A DNA stretch of 64,000 nucleotides from Eledone cirrhosa (GCA_964016885.1 OZ024742.1:210738001-210802000); one strand, 5' to 3'. Shown: positions 1 through 11,454, counted from the stretch's first letter. Notes: generated by a model not told the origin, from the sequence alone. Program-made: numbers and translations.

Positions 1-7
1 TATACAT

Positions 8-3000
8 ATGTATGGGAAAGGTCAACAGTTGACATGATAGTGATTTTGACGATTTTGATTTTGTATCAGTACTGTCGGTAATATATGTATATATATGTGT
101 TTGTGAGTGGTGTGTGTGATTGTATGCATGAATGAGTGTTAGTATGTGTGGTTGTGGTTTGTATGCGTGAGTATTGGTGTGTGAGTGTTTGTGTGTGCGT
201 CGTGTCAATAAGTTTTTTTTTTTTTTTTTTTTTTTTAATGACCATGCCTGTAAAATGGAGGGGTAGAGAGGGCCCTTGAGTCTAGTAAGACATCCTCTCT
301 AGTGCTGGTGGCACAAATAAAAGCACCCAGTCCATGCTGTAAAGTGGCGCTGGTGTTAGGAAAGGCATCCAACCAGTGTATCAATGCCAAAAAGCTTATC
401 AGCACAGCAACAAAACAGCATAGGAAAATATGAAGATGTCGCATCTCAGAGTTGCAACACTTAATGTTGGCACTCTCAGAGGTAGATCTGCTGAAATAGC
501 GGAGATGCTGGAGAGAAGGCAGGTGGATGTGTGCTGCGTGCAAGAGGTGAGATGGAGAGGTGCCTCTGCGAGACTAGTCGTAGGCAAACGTCTTAGCTAT
601 AAGCTATTCTGGGTAGGTAAGGATGATGGGTTAGGGGGAGTAGGCATTTTCCTGGCTGAGAGATGGATCAATAAGACAATAGAGGTAGTTCGAGTTAGTA
701 ATCGAATAATTAAGCTTAGATTAGTTGTAGGTAGGAGACTACTGACAATCATCTCGGTCTATGCTCCCCAAGCAGGCCTAGGCAAAGATGAGAAAGACTG
801 CTTTTATGAGCAACTTTTGCAAACAACCACAATGACAGAGGACGGAGACATCGTTATGCTAGCAGGAGACTTCAATGGTCATGTTGGACAGCTCCAGGAT
901 GGTTACACTGGGGTACATGGTGGGCACGGTTACGGTTCAAGAAATGAAGAAGGAGTGAGACTTCTTGAATTTTGTGATGCGAGTACATTGACTATTTGCA
1001 ACACAAACTTCCAGAAACCTGCCAATCACCTAATAACCTACAAATCTGGTGAGCACATAAGCCAGATTGACTTCCTGCTAGTTAGGCAGCGGGACAGGCA
1101 GATAGTGTCTAATACCAAGGCATACCCTGGGGAAGAATGTACCCCACAGCATAGGTTAGTTGTTAGTGATATCTCAGTAAGCAAGAGATGGAATGAGACA
1201 TATAGGAAGGTGTGGAGAAGAAAGGTCTGGAAGCTAAAAGACCTTTCACTAAAATACAAATTTAGGAAAGCCCTTCAAGATGTATATGACAAAAAAGAAG
1301 ACGATTTAGAGACGTATGACATAGATAATAACTGGAAGTTCTTACGTGACAACTTGCTGAAGGCTACTGATGAAACCTGTGGCTGGAGCAGAGCTCCAAC
1401 CAGACAGAGAGTGACCTGGTGGTGGAACAGCACAGTAGATAAGGCTATTAGAGACAAAAGACTAGCATGGAAGGCTTGGAAAAAGGGTGGGAGTAGGGAA
1501 GAATATACAGCCACTAAGAGAGAAGCTAGACGTCAGGTGTACTTAGCACGCAGGGAGGCAGAGAGTAGGAGGTTTGCCAATGTTCTGCGATGGGAAGATC
1601 AGAGGCGTGCGGTGTTCCACATTGCAAGGCAGTGTGTCAATGCAAATCAGGATGTTGTTGGAGATAAATGTGTCCGGGATGATGCCGGTGTACTTAGTGT
1701 CACGAATGACCAGAAAAAGGAGGCCTGGAAATGTCATTATGAGAGACTGATGAATGTGGAGAATGAATGGGAGAGAGAGAAATTACCCTTGGTAGATCTG
1801 ACAGAGGGACCAGCTATTGAGATTGACGAATATAGGGTCCAAGAGGCGATTAGGGAAATGAAAAATGGTAAGGCGGCCGGACCATCGGGAATAGTTGCTG
1901 AGATGCTGAAGGCATCAGGGGACGTAGGCACTAAACTGGTTGCACGCATCATCAATCAGGCTATATATGGTGGTGTCATACCCAAAGACTGGTGCAGCAG
2001 TATTCTCATAAATTGCTACAAAGGTAAAGGGGATGCTTTGGAGAGGAGCAATTGTAGGGGTATAAAACTGATAGATCAGGTTATGAAAGTGGCAGAAAGG
2101 ATTTTAGCACAACTAATTAGAGAAAGGGTCAAACTAGATGAGATGCAGTTTGATTTTGTGCATGGGAAGAGTACAACAGATGCCCTCTTCTTGGTGAGAC
2201 AAATGCAAGAGAGGTTCTTAGAGAAGAATAAGCCACTATACTTAGCCTTTGTTGACCTAGAGAAGGCCTTTGATAGAGTACCCCGATCTGTCATCTGGTG
2301 GTCCCTAAGGAAGCTAGGTGTTGAGGAATGGCTTGTGAGGACAGTGCAAACTTTGTACAGAGGTACTGTCAGTAAAGTCAGGGTAGGAATGGAGTTTAGT
2401 GAGGAATTCCAGATACAAGTAGGAGTACATCAAGCTTCGGTCCTCAGCCCGCTCTTGTTCATTATAGTCCTCCAAGCCATAACAGAGGAGTTTAAGACTG
2501 GCTGTCCATGGGAACTTCTCTATGCTGACGATCTTATAGCAGAATCAGTAGAGGAGCTAGAGAATAAATTCTGGTTATGGAAACAGCAGTTGGAATCAAG
2601 AGGACTGAGAGTGAACCTAGCTAAGACAAAAGTGTTGATGAGTAGAAAAGAGGACAAAACTCTGATTCCGTCAGGGAAATGGCCATGTTCGATATGCAGA
2701 AAAGGAACTGGCATAAATTCTATAAAATGCACACAATGCAGGTCCTGGGTACACAAGAGATGTAGCGGGATAGCAGGCAAACTAACAGGTAGGGAGAAAT
2801 ATGTATGCAGTAGATGTACAGGGAAATTAGACATTAGAAGTCGCACTGATAGACACATTTTTCAAATGCGAGAGGGCGCTATAGAAGTGGTGGATAGCTT
2901 CCGGTACCTAGGAGATCAGATTAGCATGGGAGGAGGGTGTTCCGAGGCCATAGTATCTAGAATAAGGACGGGTTGGAAGAAGTTTAGGGAGCTGCTTCCT

Positions 3001-3493
3001 CTGTTGACGAAGAAGGGTTTCTCCCTGCGTACGAAAGGCCGGTTGTATGATGCCTGTGTGAGGAGCGCGATACTGCATGGTAGTGAGACATGGGCAGCAA
3101 CCGCAGAGGATATGCGACGGCTGGAGAGAAATGAGGCAAGCATGCTCCGTTGGATGTGCAGTGTAAATGTGCGTGAACGACCCAGCATAAATGTGTTGAG
3201 AGAGAAACTGTGTCTGAGAGGGATAGAATGTAGTGTACGGGAGAGGAGACTGAGGTGGTATGGACATGTGATGCGCATGGAGGATGACCGATGGGTGAAG
3301 AAGTGCCAGGAAATGCCAGTTGAAGGAAGACGTGGTAGAGGTAGACCACGAAAAACATGGGCGGAGGTGGTGAGAACAGACCTCAGATCATTGAAGCTCA
3401 CGGTGGAGATGACGAGGGACCGTGACGAGTGGAGAGATGCTGTGCTGAATAAGACCCGTCCCACCCTTGCAAGCAGGGAAAAGCGGACGTAAA

Positions 3494-3532
<39 letters not shown>
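8..3532 (+). mobile_element. Apparently full-length RTE LINE, family A copy 1
   Basis: The ~420-nt 5'UTR is shared with the copy at 49372. The stop codon is followed directly by an (ATG)n tail at 3494-3532. Confidence 0.9.
430..3492 (+). CDS. RTE-clade LINE ORF: APE endonuclease + reverse transcriptase with inserted PHD-type zinc finger (family A)
   Basis: Uninterrupted 1020-aa ORF. APE motifs TLNV, VQEVRW, VYAPQ, GDFNGH, QIDF, QHRLV. RT motifs FVDLEKAFDRV, HQASVLSPLLF, YADD, FRYLG. RTE C-terminus RLRWYGHV..GRPRKTW. C4HC3 cluster CSIC..CTQC..HKRC..CSRC. Confidence 0.96.
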   Translation: MKMSHLRVATLNVGTLRGRSAEIAEMLERRQVDVCCVQEVRWRGASARLVVGKRLSYKLFWVGKDDGLGGVGIFLAERWINKTIEVVRVSNRIIKLRLVVGRRLLTIISVYAPQAGLGKDEKDCFYEQLLQTTTMTEDGDIVMLAGDFNGHVGQLQDGYTGVHGGHGYGSRNEEGVRLLEFCDASTLTICNTNFQKPANHLITYKSGEHISQIDFLLVRQRDRQIVSNTKAYPGEECTPQHRLVVSDISVSKRWNETYRKVWRRKVWKLKDLSLKYKFRKALQDVYDKKEDDLETYDIDNNWKFLRDNLLKATDETCGWSRAPTRQRVTWWWNSTVDKAIRDKRLAWKAWKKGGSREEYTATKREARRQVYLARREAESRRFANVLRWEDQRRAVFHIARQCVNANQDVVGDKCVRDDAGVLSVTNDQKKEAWKCHYERLMNVENEWEREKLPLVDLTEGPAIEIDEYRVQEAIREMKNGKAAGPSGIVAEMLKASGDVGTKLVARIINQAIYGGVIPKDWCSSILINCYKGKGDALERSNCRGIKLIDQVMKVAERILAQLIRERVKLDEMQFDFVHGKSTTDALFLVRQMQERFLEKNKPLYLAFVDLEKAFDRVPRSVIWWSLRKLGVEEWLVRTVQTLYRGTVSKVRVGMEFSEEFQIQVGVHQASVLSPLLFIIVLQAITEEFKTGCPWELLYADDLIAESVEELENKFWLWKQQLESRGLRVNLAKTKVLMSRKEDKTLIPSGKWPCSICRKGTGINSIKCTQCRSWVHKRCSGIAGKLTGREKYVCSRCTGKLDIRSRTDRHIFQMREGAIEVVDSFRYLGDQISMGGGCSEAIVSRIRTGWKKFRELLPLLTKKGFSLRTKGRLYDACVRSAILHGSETWAATAEDMRRLERNEASMLRWMCSVNVRERPSINVLREKLCLRGIECSVRERRLRWYGHVMRMEDDRWVKKCQEMPVEGRRGRGRPRKTWAEVVRTDLRSLKLTVEMTRDRDEWRDAVLNKTRPTLASREKRT

Positions 3533-3942
3533 TATGCAAAAGGTAAACAGAAATAACAACACAATCGGTACAGTATATGGAAGGTATATATTAGGTTAAC
3601 GCTTGATATAGCAGGAAGAGGGTCTTAACATTTGGGATGAGAGAGAGACAATAAGGAAGATGGGAAGTTAAGTATAGATTATTTTTAATTTTTTACCAAA
3701 ATTTTTTTGGGATGGGCCTCAACGGGTAAAAGTCCAGACCTGGGGGTTTGGCAAATGAAGGTTGAGATAGAGACTCAGATTTATAGCAAAGAGAATAGGA
3801 ATTCGTACATACTTGTGTCATCATCATAGTTTTAATCTCCGCTTTCCCTGCTAGCAAAGGTTGGACGGATCTACATAGACCAAGTCATCTTTCTCTTTTA
3901 CTGTTTCTATATATATATATATATTTATCTATCCATTCATCT

Positions 3943-3989
3943 TTGTATTTGTCCCCTTCTTTTGTGCCCCTGTGGCTAATAAAGAAATA
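3943..3989 (+). mobile_element. 47-bp retroposed 3' tail with 17-bp TSD
   Basis: tatctatccattcatct at 3926-3942 and 3990-4006 flanks an insert ending aataaagaaata. The same sequence recurs at ~60450-60500. Confidence 0.8.
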
Positions 3990-4392
3990 TATCTATCCAT
4001 TCATCTGTTTGTCAAAAATGTTCCCTTTTCCAAATGGATCATTGAATTATAAATATAGACTTCACTCTCTGGTCGGTAGAGTAAATCACCATTGAATTAT
4101 ACCCCCTAACAGTAGAATCTATGTACCCAAAAAGGGTTAAGAGAACTCTTTAGCTGTGTCAAGGGTACAACAACCTGACTAGTGTTGGTGACACAATAAA
4201 ATGCACCTGTTGCACTCAGTACAATATGGGAATGTATCTAATTGAGATGGTCAGGGGTCGCAAATATGTATTGACTTGGTCTGTGACAACCCATCCAAGC
4301 CCTGCTAGCAGGGAAAACAAACATTAAATGATGATGATATATATATCATCAGTGTGTGAATAATGATGTGTGTGTATATATATATGTGTGTG

Positions 4393-6518
4393 GAAAAGGA
4401 AGGTCTGGAAACTAAAAGCCCTTTCACTAAAATATATATTTAAGAAAGCCCTTCAAGATGTGTATGACGAAAGAAAAGGTTTTAGAATCGTATGACATAG
4501 ATGATAACTGGAATTTCTTACGTGACAACTTACTGCAGGCTACTGAAGAAACTTGTGGCTGGAGCAGAGCTCCAACCAGACAGAGAGTGACCTGGTGGTG
4601 GAACAGCACGGTAGATAGGGCCATTAGAGACAAAAGACTAGCATGGAAGGCTTGGAAAAATGGTGGGAGTAGAGAAGGATACACAGCCGCTAAGAGAGAA
4701 GCTAGACGTCAGGTGTACTTAGCACGCAGGGAGGCTGAGAATAGGAGGTTTGCCAATGTTCTGCGACGGGAAGATCAGAGATGTGCGGTATTCCGCATGG
4801 CAAGGCAGTGTGTCAGTGCAAATCAGGATGTTGTTGGAGATAAGTGTGTCTGAAATGATGCTGGTGTACTTAGTGTCACGAAGGATCAGAAAAAGGAGGC
4901 CTAGAAATGTCATTATGAGAGACTGATGAATGTGGAGAACGAATGGGAGAGAGAGAAATTACCCCTAGTAGACCCGACAGAGGGACCAGCTATTGAGATT
5001 GACGAATATAGGGTCCAAGAGGCAATTAAGGAAATGAATAATAGTAAGGCAGCTGGACCGTCAGGAATAGATGCTGAGATGCTGAAGGCATCAGGAGAAG
5101 TAGGAACTAAACTGGTTGCATGCATCATCAATCAAGCTATATATGGCAGAGTCATACCCAAAGACTGGGGCAGCAGTATTCTCATAAATTGCTACAAAGG
5201 TAAAGGGGATACTCTAGCGAGGAGCAATTATAGAGGCATAAAACTGATGAATCAGGTTATGAAAGTGGCAGAAAGGATATTAGCACAACTAATTAGAGAA
5301 AGGGTTAAATTAGATGAGATGCAGTTTGGTGTTGTGCCTTGGAAAAGTACAACAGATGCCCTCTTCTTAATGAGACAACTACAAGAGAGGTTCTTAGAGA
5401 AGAATAAGCCACTATACATTAGCTTTTGTTGACCTAGAGAAGGCCTTTGATAGGGTACCCCAATCTGTCATCTGGTGGTCCCTAAGGAAACTAGGTGTTG
5501 AGGAATGGCTTGTGAGGACAGTGCAAGCTTTGTACAGAGGTGCTGTCAGTAAAGTGAGGGTGGGAATGGAGTTTAGTAAGGAATTCCAGATACAAGTAGG
5601 AGTACATCAGGGTTCGGTCCTCAGCCCGCTCTTGTTCATTATAGTCCTCCAAGCAATAACAGAGGAGTTTAAGACTGGATGCCCATGGGAACTTCTCTAT
5701 GCTGGTGATCTGGTTCTTATAGCAGAATCAGTAGAGGGGCTAGAGAATAAATTCTGGCTATGGAAACAGCAGTTGGAAGCAAGAGGAGTGAGAGTGAACA
5801 TAGCTAAGACAAAAGTGTTGATAAGCAGAAAAGAGGACAAAACTCTGATTCCGTCAGGGAAATGACCATGTTCAATATGTAGAAAAGGAACTGGCATAAA
5901 TTCTATAAAATGTACACAATGCAGATCTTGGATACACAGATTAGCATGGGAGGGGGGGTGTTCCGAGGCCATAGTATCTAGAATAAGGATCGGTTGGAAG
6001 AAGTTTAGGGAGCTGCTTCCTCTGATGACAAAGAAGGGTTTCACCCTGCATACGAAAGGCTGGTTATATGATGCCTGTGTAAGATGTACCATGCTGCACG
6101 GTAGTGAGACATGGGGAGCAACTGTAGAGGATATGCAATGGCTGGAGAGAAATGAAGAAAGCATGCTCCGTTGGATGTGTAATGTCAATGTACGTGAATG
6201 ACCAAGCATAGATGAGTTGAGAGAGAAACTGTGTATAAGAGGGATAAGTTGTGTGCAGGAGAGAAGGCTGAGATGGTATGGACATGTGATGCGCATGGAG
6301 GATGACCGCTGGGTAAAGAAGTGCCCAGAAATCCCTGTAGAAGTAAGACCACGAAAAACATTGGCGGAGGTGGTGAGAGTGGACCTCAGATCGCTGAAGC
6401 TCACGGAGGAGATGACGAAGGACCGTGGCAAGTGGAGAGATGCTGTGCTGAATAGGACCCATCCCACCCTTGCAAGCAGGGAAAAGCGGACGTAAAATGA
6501 TGATGATGATGATGATGA
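4393..6518 (+). mobile_element. 5'-truncated, degenerate RTE family A copy
   Basis: ORF fragments 4458-4853, 4926-5432, 5512-5865 and 6217-6495 match the 430-3492 protein, with stops, frameshifts and a deletion through the PHD. (ATG)n tail present. Confidence 0.93.
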
Positions 6519-6539
6519 TATATATATATATATATATAA

Positions 6540-6948
6540 GTCAATGTCACTGGATCGAGATCTTTGGCGCCATGCAGTTGTACAGAAGACCTGCTTTCCC
6601 TTGGATACAAACGTACAGTCAGTAGGGACCTCTTAACCCAATATACACCCCACCCCCTACCCCATCCTTCCATTTCCATCCACCATCAGGAATAGTTGTG
6701 TTGATGACACAACAGAAAGCACCCAGTCCCCACTGTAAGGTGGTCATGTAGGAGACACGGTAAAAAGGCTCCCAGTCCACACTGTAAAGGCGGTTGGTGT
6801 TAGGAAGGGCATCCAGCCATAGAAAACCTGCCAGAGACATTTCTGTATGAGTGAGACACGCTCTCCCGACCATTCCTGCATCAAATGGAACAAAACCGTT
6901 TAACCCATGCTAACGTGGAAGATGGCGGTTAAACGATGATGATGATGA
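6540..6948 (+). mobile_element. 3' end of RTE family B (long 3'UTR)
   Basis: Encodes DRDLWRHAVVQKT, then the aggaagggcatccagc block, ccatgctaacgtgg stem and (GAT)n tail. Confidence 0.8.
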
Positions 6949-6968
6949 TATATATATATATATTCTCA

Positions 6969-9432
6969 CATCATCATCGTTGTCATTTTAATGTCCACTT
7001 TCCCTGCTAGCAAAGATTGGATGGGTCCATATAGACGAAGTCAGCTCTGGAGTGGAGCCACTGATCTCCCAGGCAGGCTAGGCATCTGCACGCTTATGTA
7101 CGGCCTCACGTTCCATCAAGTGCTCAGGAGAGGTTGTCATGCCTTTGACAGAACTATGAGTCCTCCCAACCCTTTGTTTGGTAAGATTCCTATAGCTAGA
7201 TGCCCTTCCTATTTCCAACCATTTTACAGTGTGTTTACCGTGTAGATCACCAACACTAGGGAGGTTGTCATGCTCTTGACACGACTGGAGGGTCCTCCCA
7301 ACCCTTTGTCTACCAAGTTTTCTATGGCTGGATCCTCTTCCTATCACCAACCACTTTACAGTTACTGGGTGCATTTACTGTGTAAATCACCAACAGTAAG
7401 GAGGCTGTCATGTCCATGACACGATTAGAGGGTCCTCCTGACCCTTGCGGTCTTTAGTCACATCTATTGTACAGTTTAGCTTTCTAAGGTCAGTCTTTAC
7501 ACCCTCATCCCATATCTTCCTAAGTCTCCCTCTCCCATGGGTCTCAGCCACTGGAGTTTCTTTGCATTTCTTTTTGGAACTGCCATCTTCCATGTACAGC
7601 ACATGGCCATACCAACACAGTCTTCTCTCTTGCACACTACATTCAATTACTCTTATGCCAAGTTTTCCCCTCAGTTTGCTTATGCTATGTCACTCATGCA
7701 CAGTAACATTACACATCCATCAGAGCATACTTGGCTCATTTCTTCCTAGCCTCCGCAGATCTTCTGCAGTCAAGGCTCATGTTTCACTGCCACATAACAT
7801 TGCAATTTGCACACAGGCATCATACAGTCTACCCTTCACTCTGAGAGAAAAGCATTTTGTTGTTAGCAGTGGTAATAGATCCTTAAACTTCTTCCTTCCT
7901 GTTCTTATCCTAGCTATCACACCTTCAGTGCATCCTCCCCACTACTAATTTGATCGCCTAGGTTGCAAAATCTGTCCATAACTTCATGAGTGTTCTTTGT
8001 GTTTACTTCCCCTGAGCATCTGTCACATATAAAGTCGTCTATGTTTCCCTTAGTCTACTTGCAATCCCACATCTCTTGTGTGTTCATACTTTACATTACG
8101 TGCACCTTATGGAATTTCTACCCACCCCTTTCGATATATCGAGTATGGCCACTTTCCTGGCTTCTGACCTACTTATTAGGACTTTTATCTTCGTATATTT
8201 ACTTTTAGACTTTTCAGCTCTAGGTTCTTCTTCCATGCTTGAAATTTTGCTTCCAACTCTCCTACGGACTCATCTACGAGAACTAGGTCGTCAACATAAA
8301 GGAGCTCCCATGGAGCGCCAGTTTTAAACTTCTCAGTGATGGTCTAAAGTACAATGATAAACAGGAGTGGACTGAGGACTGGTCACTGGTAAATTCCCAC
8401 CTGCACTTCAAATTCATCATTGTACTCATTTCCAACTCTTACTCTGCTGGTTGCTCCTTTATATATGGCTTGCATGGCCCTCACAAGCCATTCGTCTACA
8501 CCTAGCTTCCTAAGTGCTCACTAGATTATAGAGCATGGAACCCTGTCAAAGGCTTTCTCTAGATCTACAAATGCTAGGTACAGTGGTTTCCTCTTAGCTA
8601 AATACCTCTCCTGAAGCTGTCTCACCAGAAAAAAAGGCATCAGTAGTACACCTGTATAACATAAATCCAAACTGCATCTCATCTACCTTGATTGTCCCTG
8701 ATTTGTTGTGCTATAAACCTTTCAACAATTTTCATGACTTGGTTGATCAGCTTGATGCCGCTTTAGTTACTTCTCCCTTTGTCCTTGTAGCAATTTACAA
8801 TGATACTGCTACGCCAGTCGTTGGGTATGATACCATTCTGTATTATTCGATTAACTATGCATCTGACTACCATATCCTACCATGCCAGATGCTTTTAGTA
8901 TCTCAGTGACTATACCACATGGTCCACCTGCTTTCTCTACCTTCATGTCCTTAATTGCTTTATCTATTATACTGCTATCAACTTTTATGGCTGGTCCCTC
9001 AGTAGGGTCTACATGGGGTAGGCCCTCACTATCCCATTCATTTTCCTTGTTCAGCAGTCTCTTATAGTATGTCTTCCATGCCTCCTTGTCATTCCGCCAT
9101 CATGTCACCCTCTGTCTTGGTGGGACCTTGCTTGTGGTTTCCAGTAGGTTGTCCTATAGAATTTTCCAATGTTTCTGTCCCCAGCTCTTCTTCCTTACTG
9201 TCATAAGAGTCAAGAAGGATTTCTCTAAATGTTTTACCTAGAGATTTCTCTCAGCTTCCAAGTCTTCCTTCTCCAGACTGGCTTTTGTCGCTTGGTCCAT
9301 CTAACTCTTACTCTAAGGTCCCTGACAACTAACCTATGTTAGGAGGAATATTCCTCTCCAAGCAAGGACTTGGTATTTATGACCATTTATTGTTTCGTTT
9401 CCTGGTGAAGATGAAGTCTATTTGGTTTGTCA
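6969..9432 (-). mobile_element. Old, degenerate RTE LINE with tandemly repeated 3'UTR
   Basis: Minus-strand fragments QERRLCWYGHV..GRGRLRKIW, FVDLEKAFDRV and QIDF. Repeated ~130-bp units at 7110-7445. (CAT)n at the left end. Confidence 0.88.
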
Positions 9433-9699
9433 TTGTTGGTGGCTCGCCTTACCTATGTATCAGGTAATGCCGAGAGTGTTTGGTTATTCCAGTACCTTAG
9501 CTTTGCTATCACCCATGACAATCTTGTGTTTAGCTTTAAAAATAATTTGAAGGAAACTCCAGCGCCATTTGTTGAGCGGTGTAGAAGTCTTCTCCCACTA
9601 TTTTTTAAAATATAAATTATTTGTATGCATGTGAAATAGAGTTTTTTTCTTTAACGGCTTAACAAAGTACACCATGAAAAAACACACACACACACATAA

Positions 9700-9918
9700 T
9701 AAATGGGCCCCCGATACGCTTGCCAAGCAAAGTGGTAAAGCTGGCAGGGCCCTCTCCTTTACTGAATGGAGGATGACATCCCGATTGATGGAATTGAAAC
9801 CTTCCTGGGATCTAACTTGAGGATAAGTTGGTAAATTCCCCGGTGGCGTGAGCGGCAGCCTCACAGCCCAGCTTGGTACCCACCCCTAGTTGAATAGGGA
9901 AAAATTCGGAGGAATGTC
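9700..9918 (-). mobile_element. CRE-like non-LTR RT fragment
   Basis: Minus frames give PIQLGVGTKLGCEAAAHAT..KLD..FNSINRDVIL, homologous to PVQLGVGVSGGCEGVAHAT..ELDMRNAFN at 13 kb. Confidence 0.8.
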
Positions 9919-11049
9919 ACATTAATTGACAATTAAAAATCAAATCAAATCAGCGAGTAGACCCATCATGTTCGTTGCTCGATCTGCAGTCAGATGACAT
10001 ATTTTTAAAAAAAAGGAGAGAATGTAATCTCTATTTTATAAAAAGAGAGGATGGCTATGTGTGGAGTACCTTTGATCAAAGGTCTGTTCAATTAGAATAT
10101 GAACAAGAATTAAACAACTATTGAAAATAATCACCAGTGCGAATTCATTTTAAAATGATAACTGTATGTAGTCGTCCAGTGGATCGATAAGAAGAAATGA
10201 ACAATACAAATAGAAATCAGTTATTGTTATTAGGTCAAATAGTTAACCTGTTTGAGACTGGTTTACATTTTTGGCAAAGAAGACGGTGCACAAATTCAAA
10301 AGTTAATATTTAAAATTAGTCCCAGTACCGTCTAAAAAATACTTGTCTAGTATCTAAGATGGAAAGAGTAAAATTTGGGAAATTTTGCAGTACACTACTA
10401 TTGGTATTTTATAATGATAGCATATTGGGTGAAAAGCAAATTTTGCATTAGCTTGGTTTGAACTCAGAACTAACATATACCACATGTGTACAGAATTATT
10501 ACACTAATATACCCTAACACACAAAAATTTATACGTACACAGGGATAATACCACACACTCCGGAGATCCATAAACACAAGCCAACATGTAAGTATTCACG
10601 TGATCGTTCGACATGCTAGAAATAGCAAGCAAGTTTCTCTGATCTCACAATCTTAATTTACCATCTTAATAGAAGAACAACACGCTGGATAATGAAATCT
10701 TAGATACACTACGCCTGAAACAAAAAACAAAAACAAAACAGGATGACCAGAGCTGAAAATGGTTTTCATCATATGACTGCTCAATCATGGCTGCTAACCT
10801 GCGCTTAACTAACAAGAAATAACAAAATATAAGATTGTGTGAGTGAATGTAAACAAGTATGAACAGAAGGGAGAGAAAAAAAAGTACTTTAAATTCTACT
10901 TTCAATATTGAAAATAAAGTTAGATTTTATTTTTTTCACAATTTTTATTTTCTAAGTTTCACCAACATACTTGTATAAAAATATAATAATATAATACTTA
11001 CAGAATGAAAACAAATGATATATACAAATAAAAACGCATAAAGGAGAGA

Positions 11050-11454
11050 TTAAAAAAAAACATGAAAGGGGGAGGAGGTAGTTCATCACCAAGTGCGACA
11101 ATTGGCCGCACCTCACATCTTACGAGTTAACTTCGAGGCAAGCCAATATGCTCGCATCATCACAACGGGTGATGGCGAGGCTGAGGAAATGAAACAACCA
11201 GGCACTCCACGGCATCACCTGACACCTCAGTAAGGTGAGCCGCCAGCGATGACAAGAACTTCGCTGTCAGCGGCCCAACTTCCACCAAACGTCTAGAACG
11301 CCACAGGTTGGAAAAAATAATTATAAGATAAATCCAGGTATTTCCGAATTTTATTCCGTTCGGCAACAGAAGCAGTGGTCCCCACATCCACCATGATGTA
11401 GGAGTGAACAAAAGAGTCACTGACTGTGACGTCCCAGATGAGACATCTACCCTC

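Noticed and set aside
2520-3539. Antisense ORFs repeated across RTE copies
   Set aside because: Shadow frames of the sense ORF; their recurrence reflects copy identity.
9700-9950. Apparently structured ncRNA or SECIS-like hairpins
   Set aside because: The minus strand translates to a CRE-like RT fragment, so the pairings are incidental.
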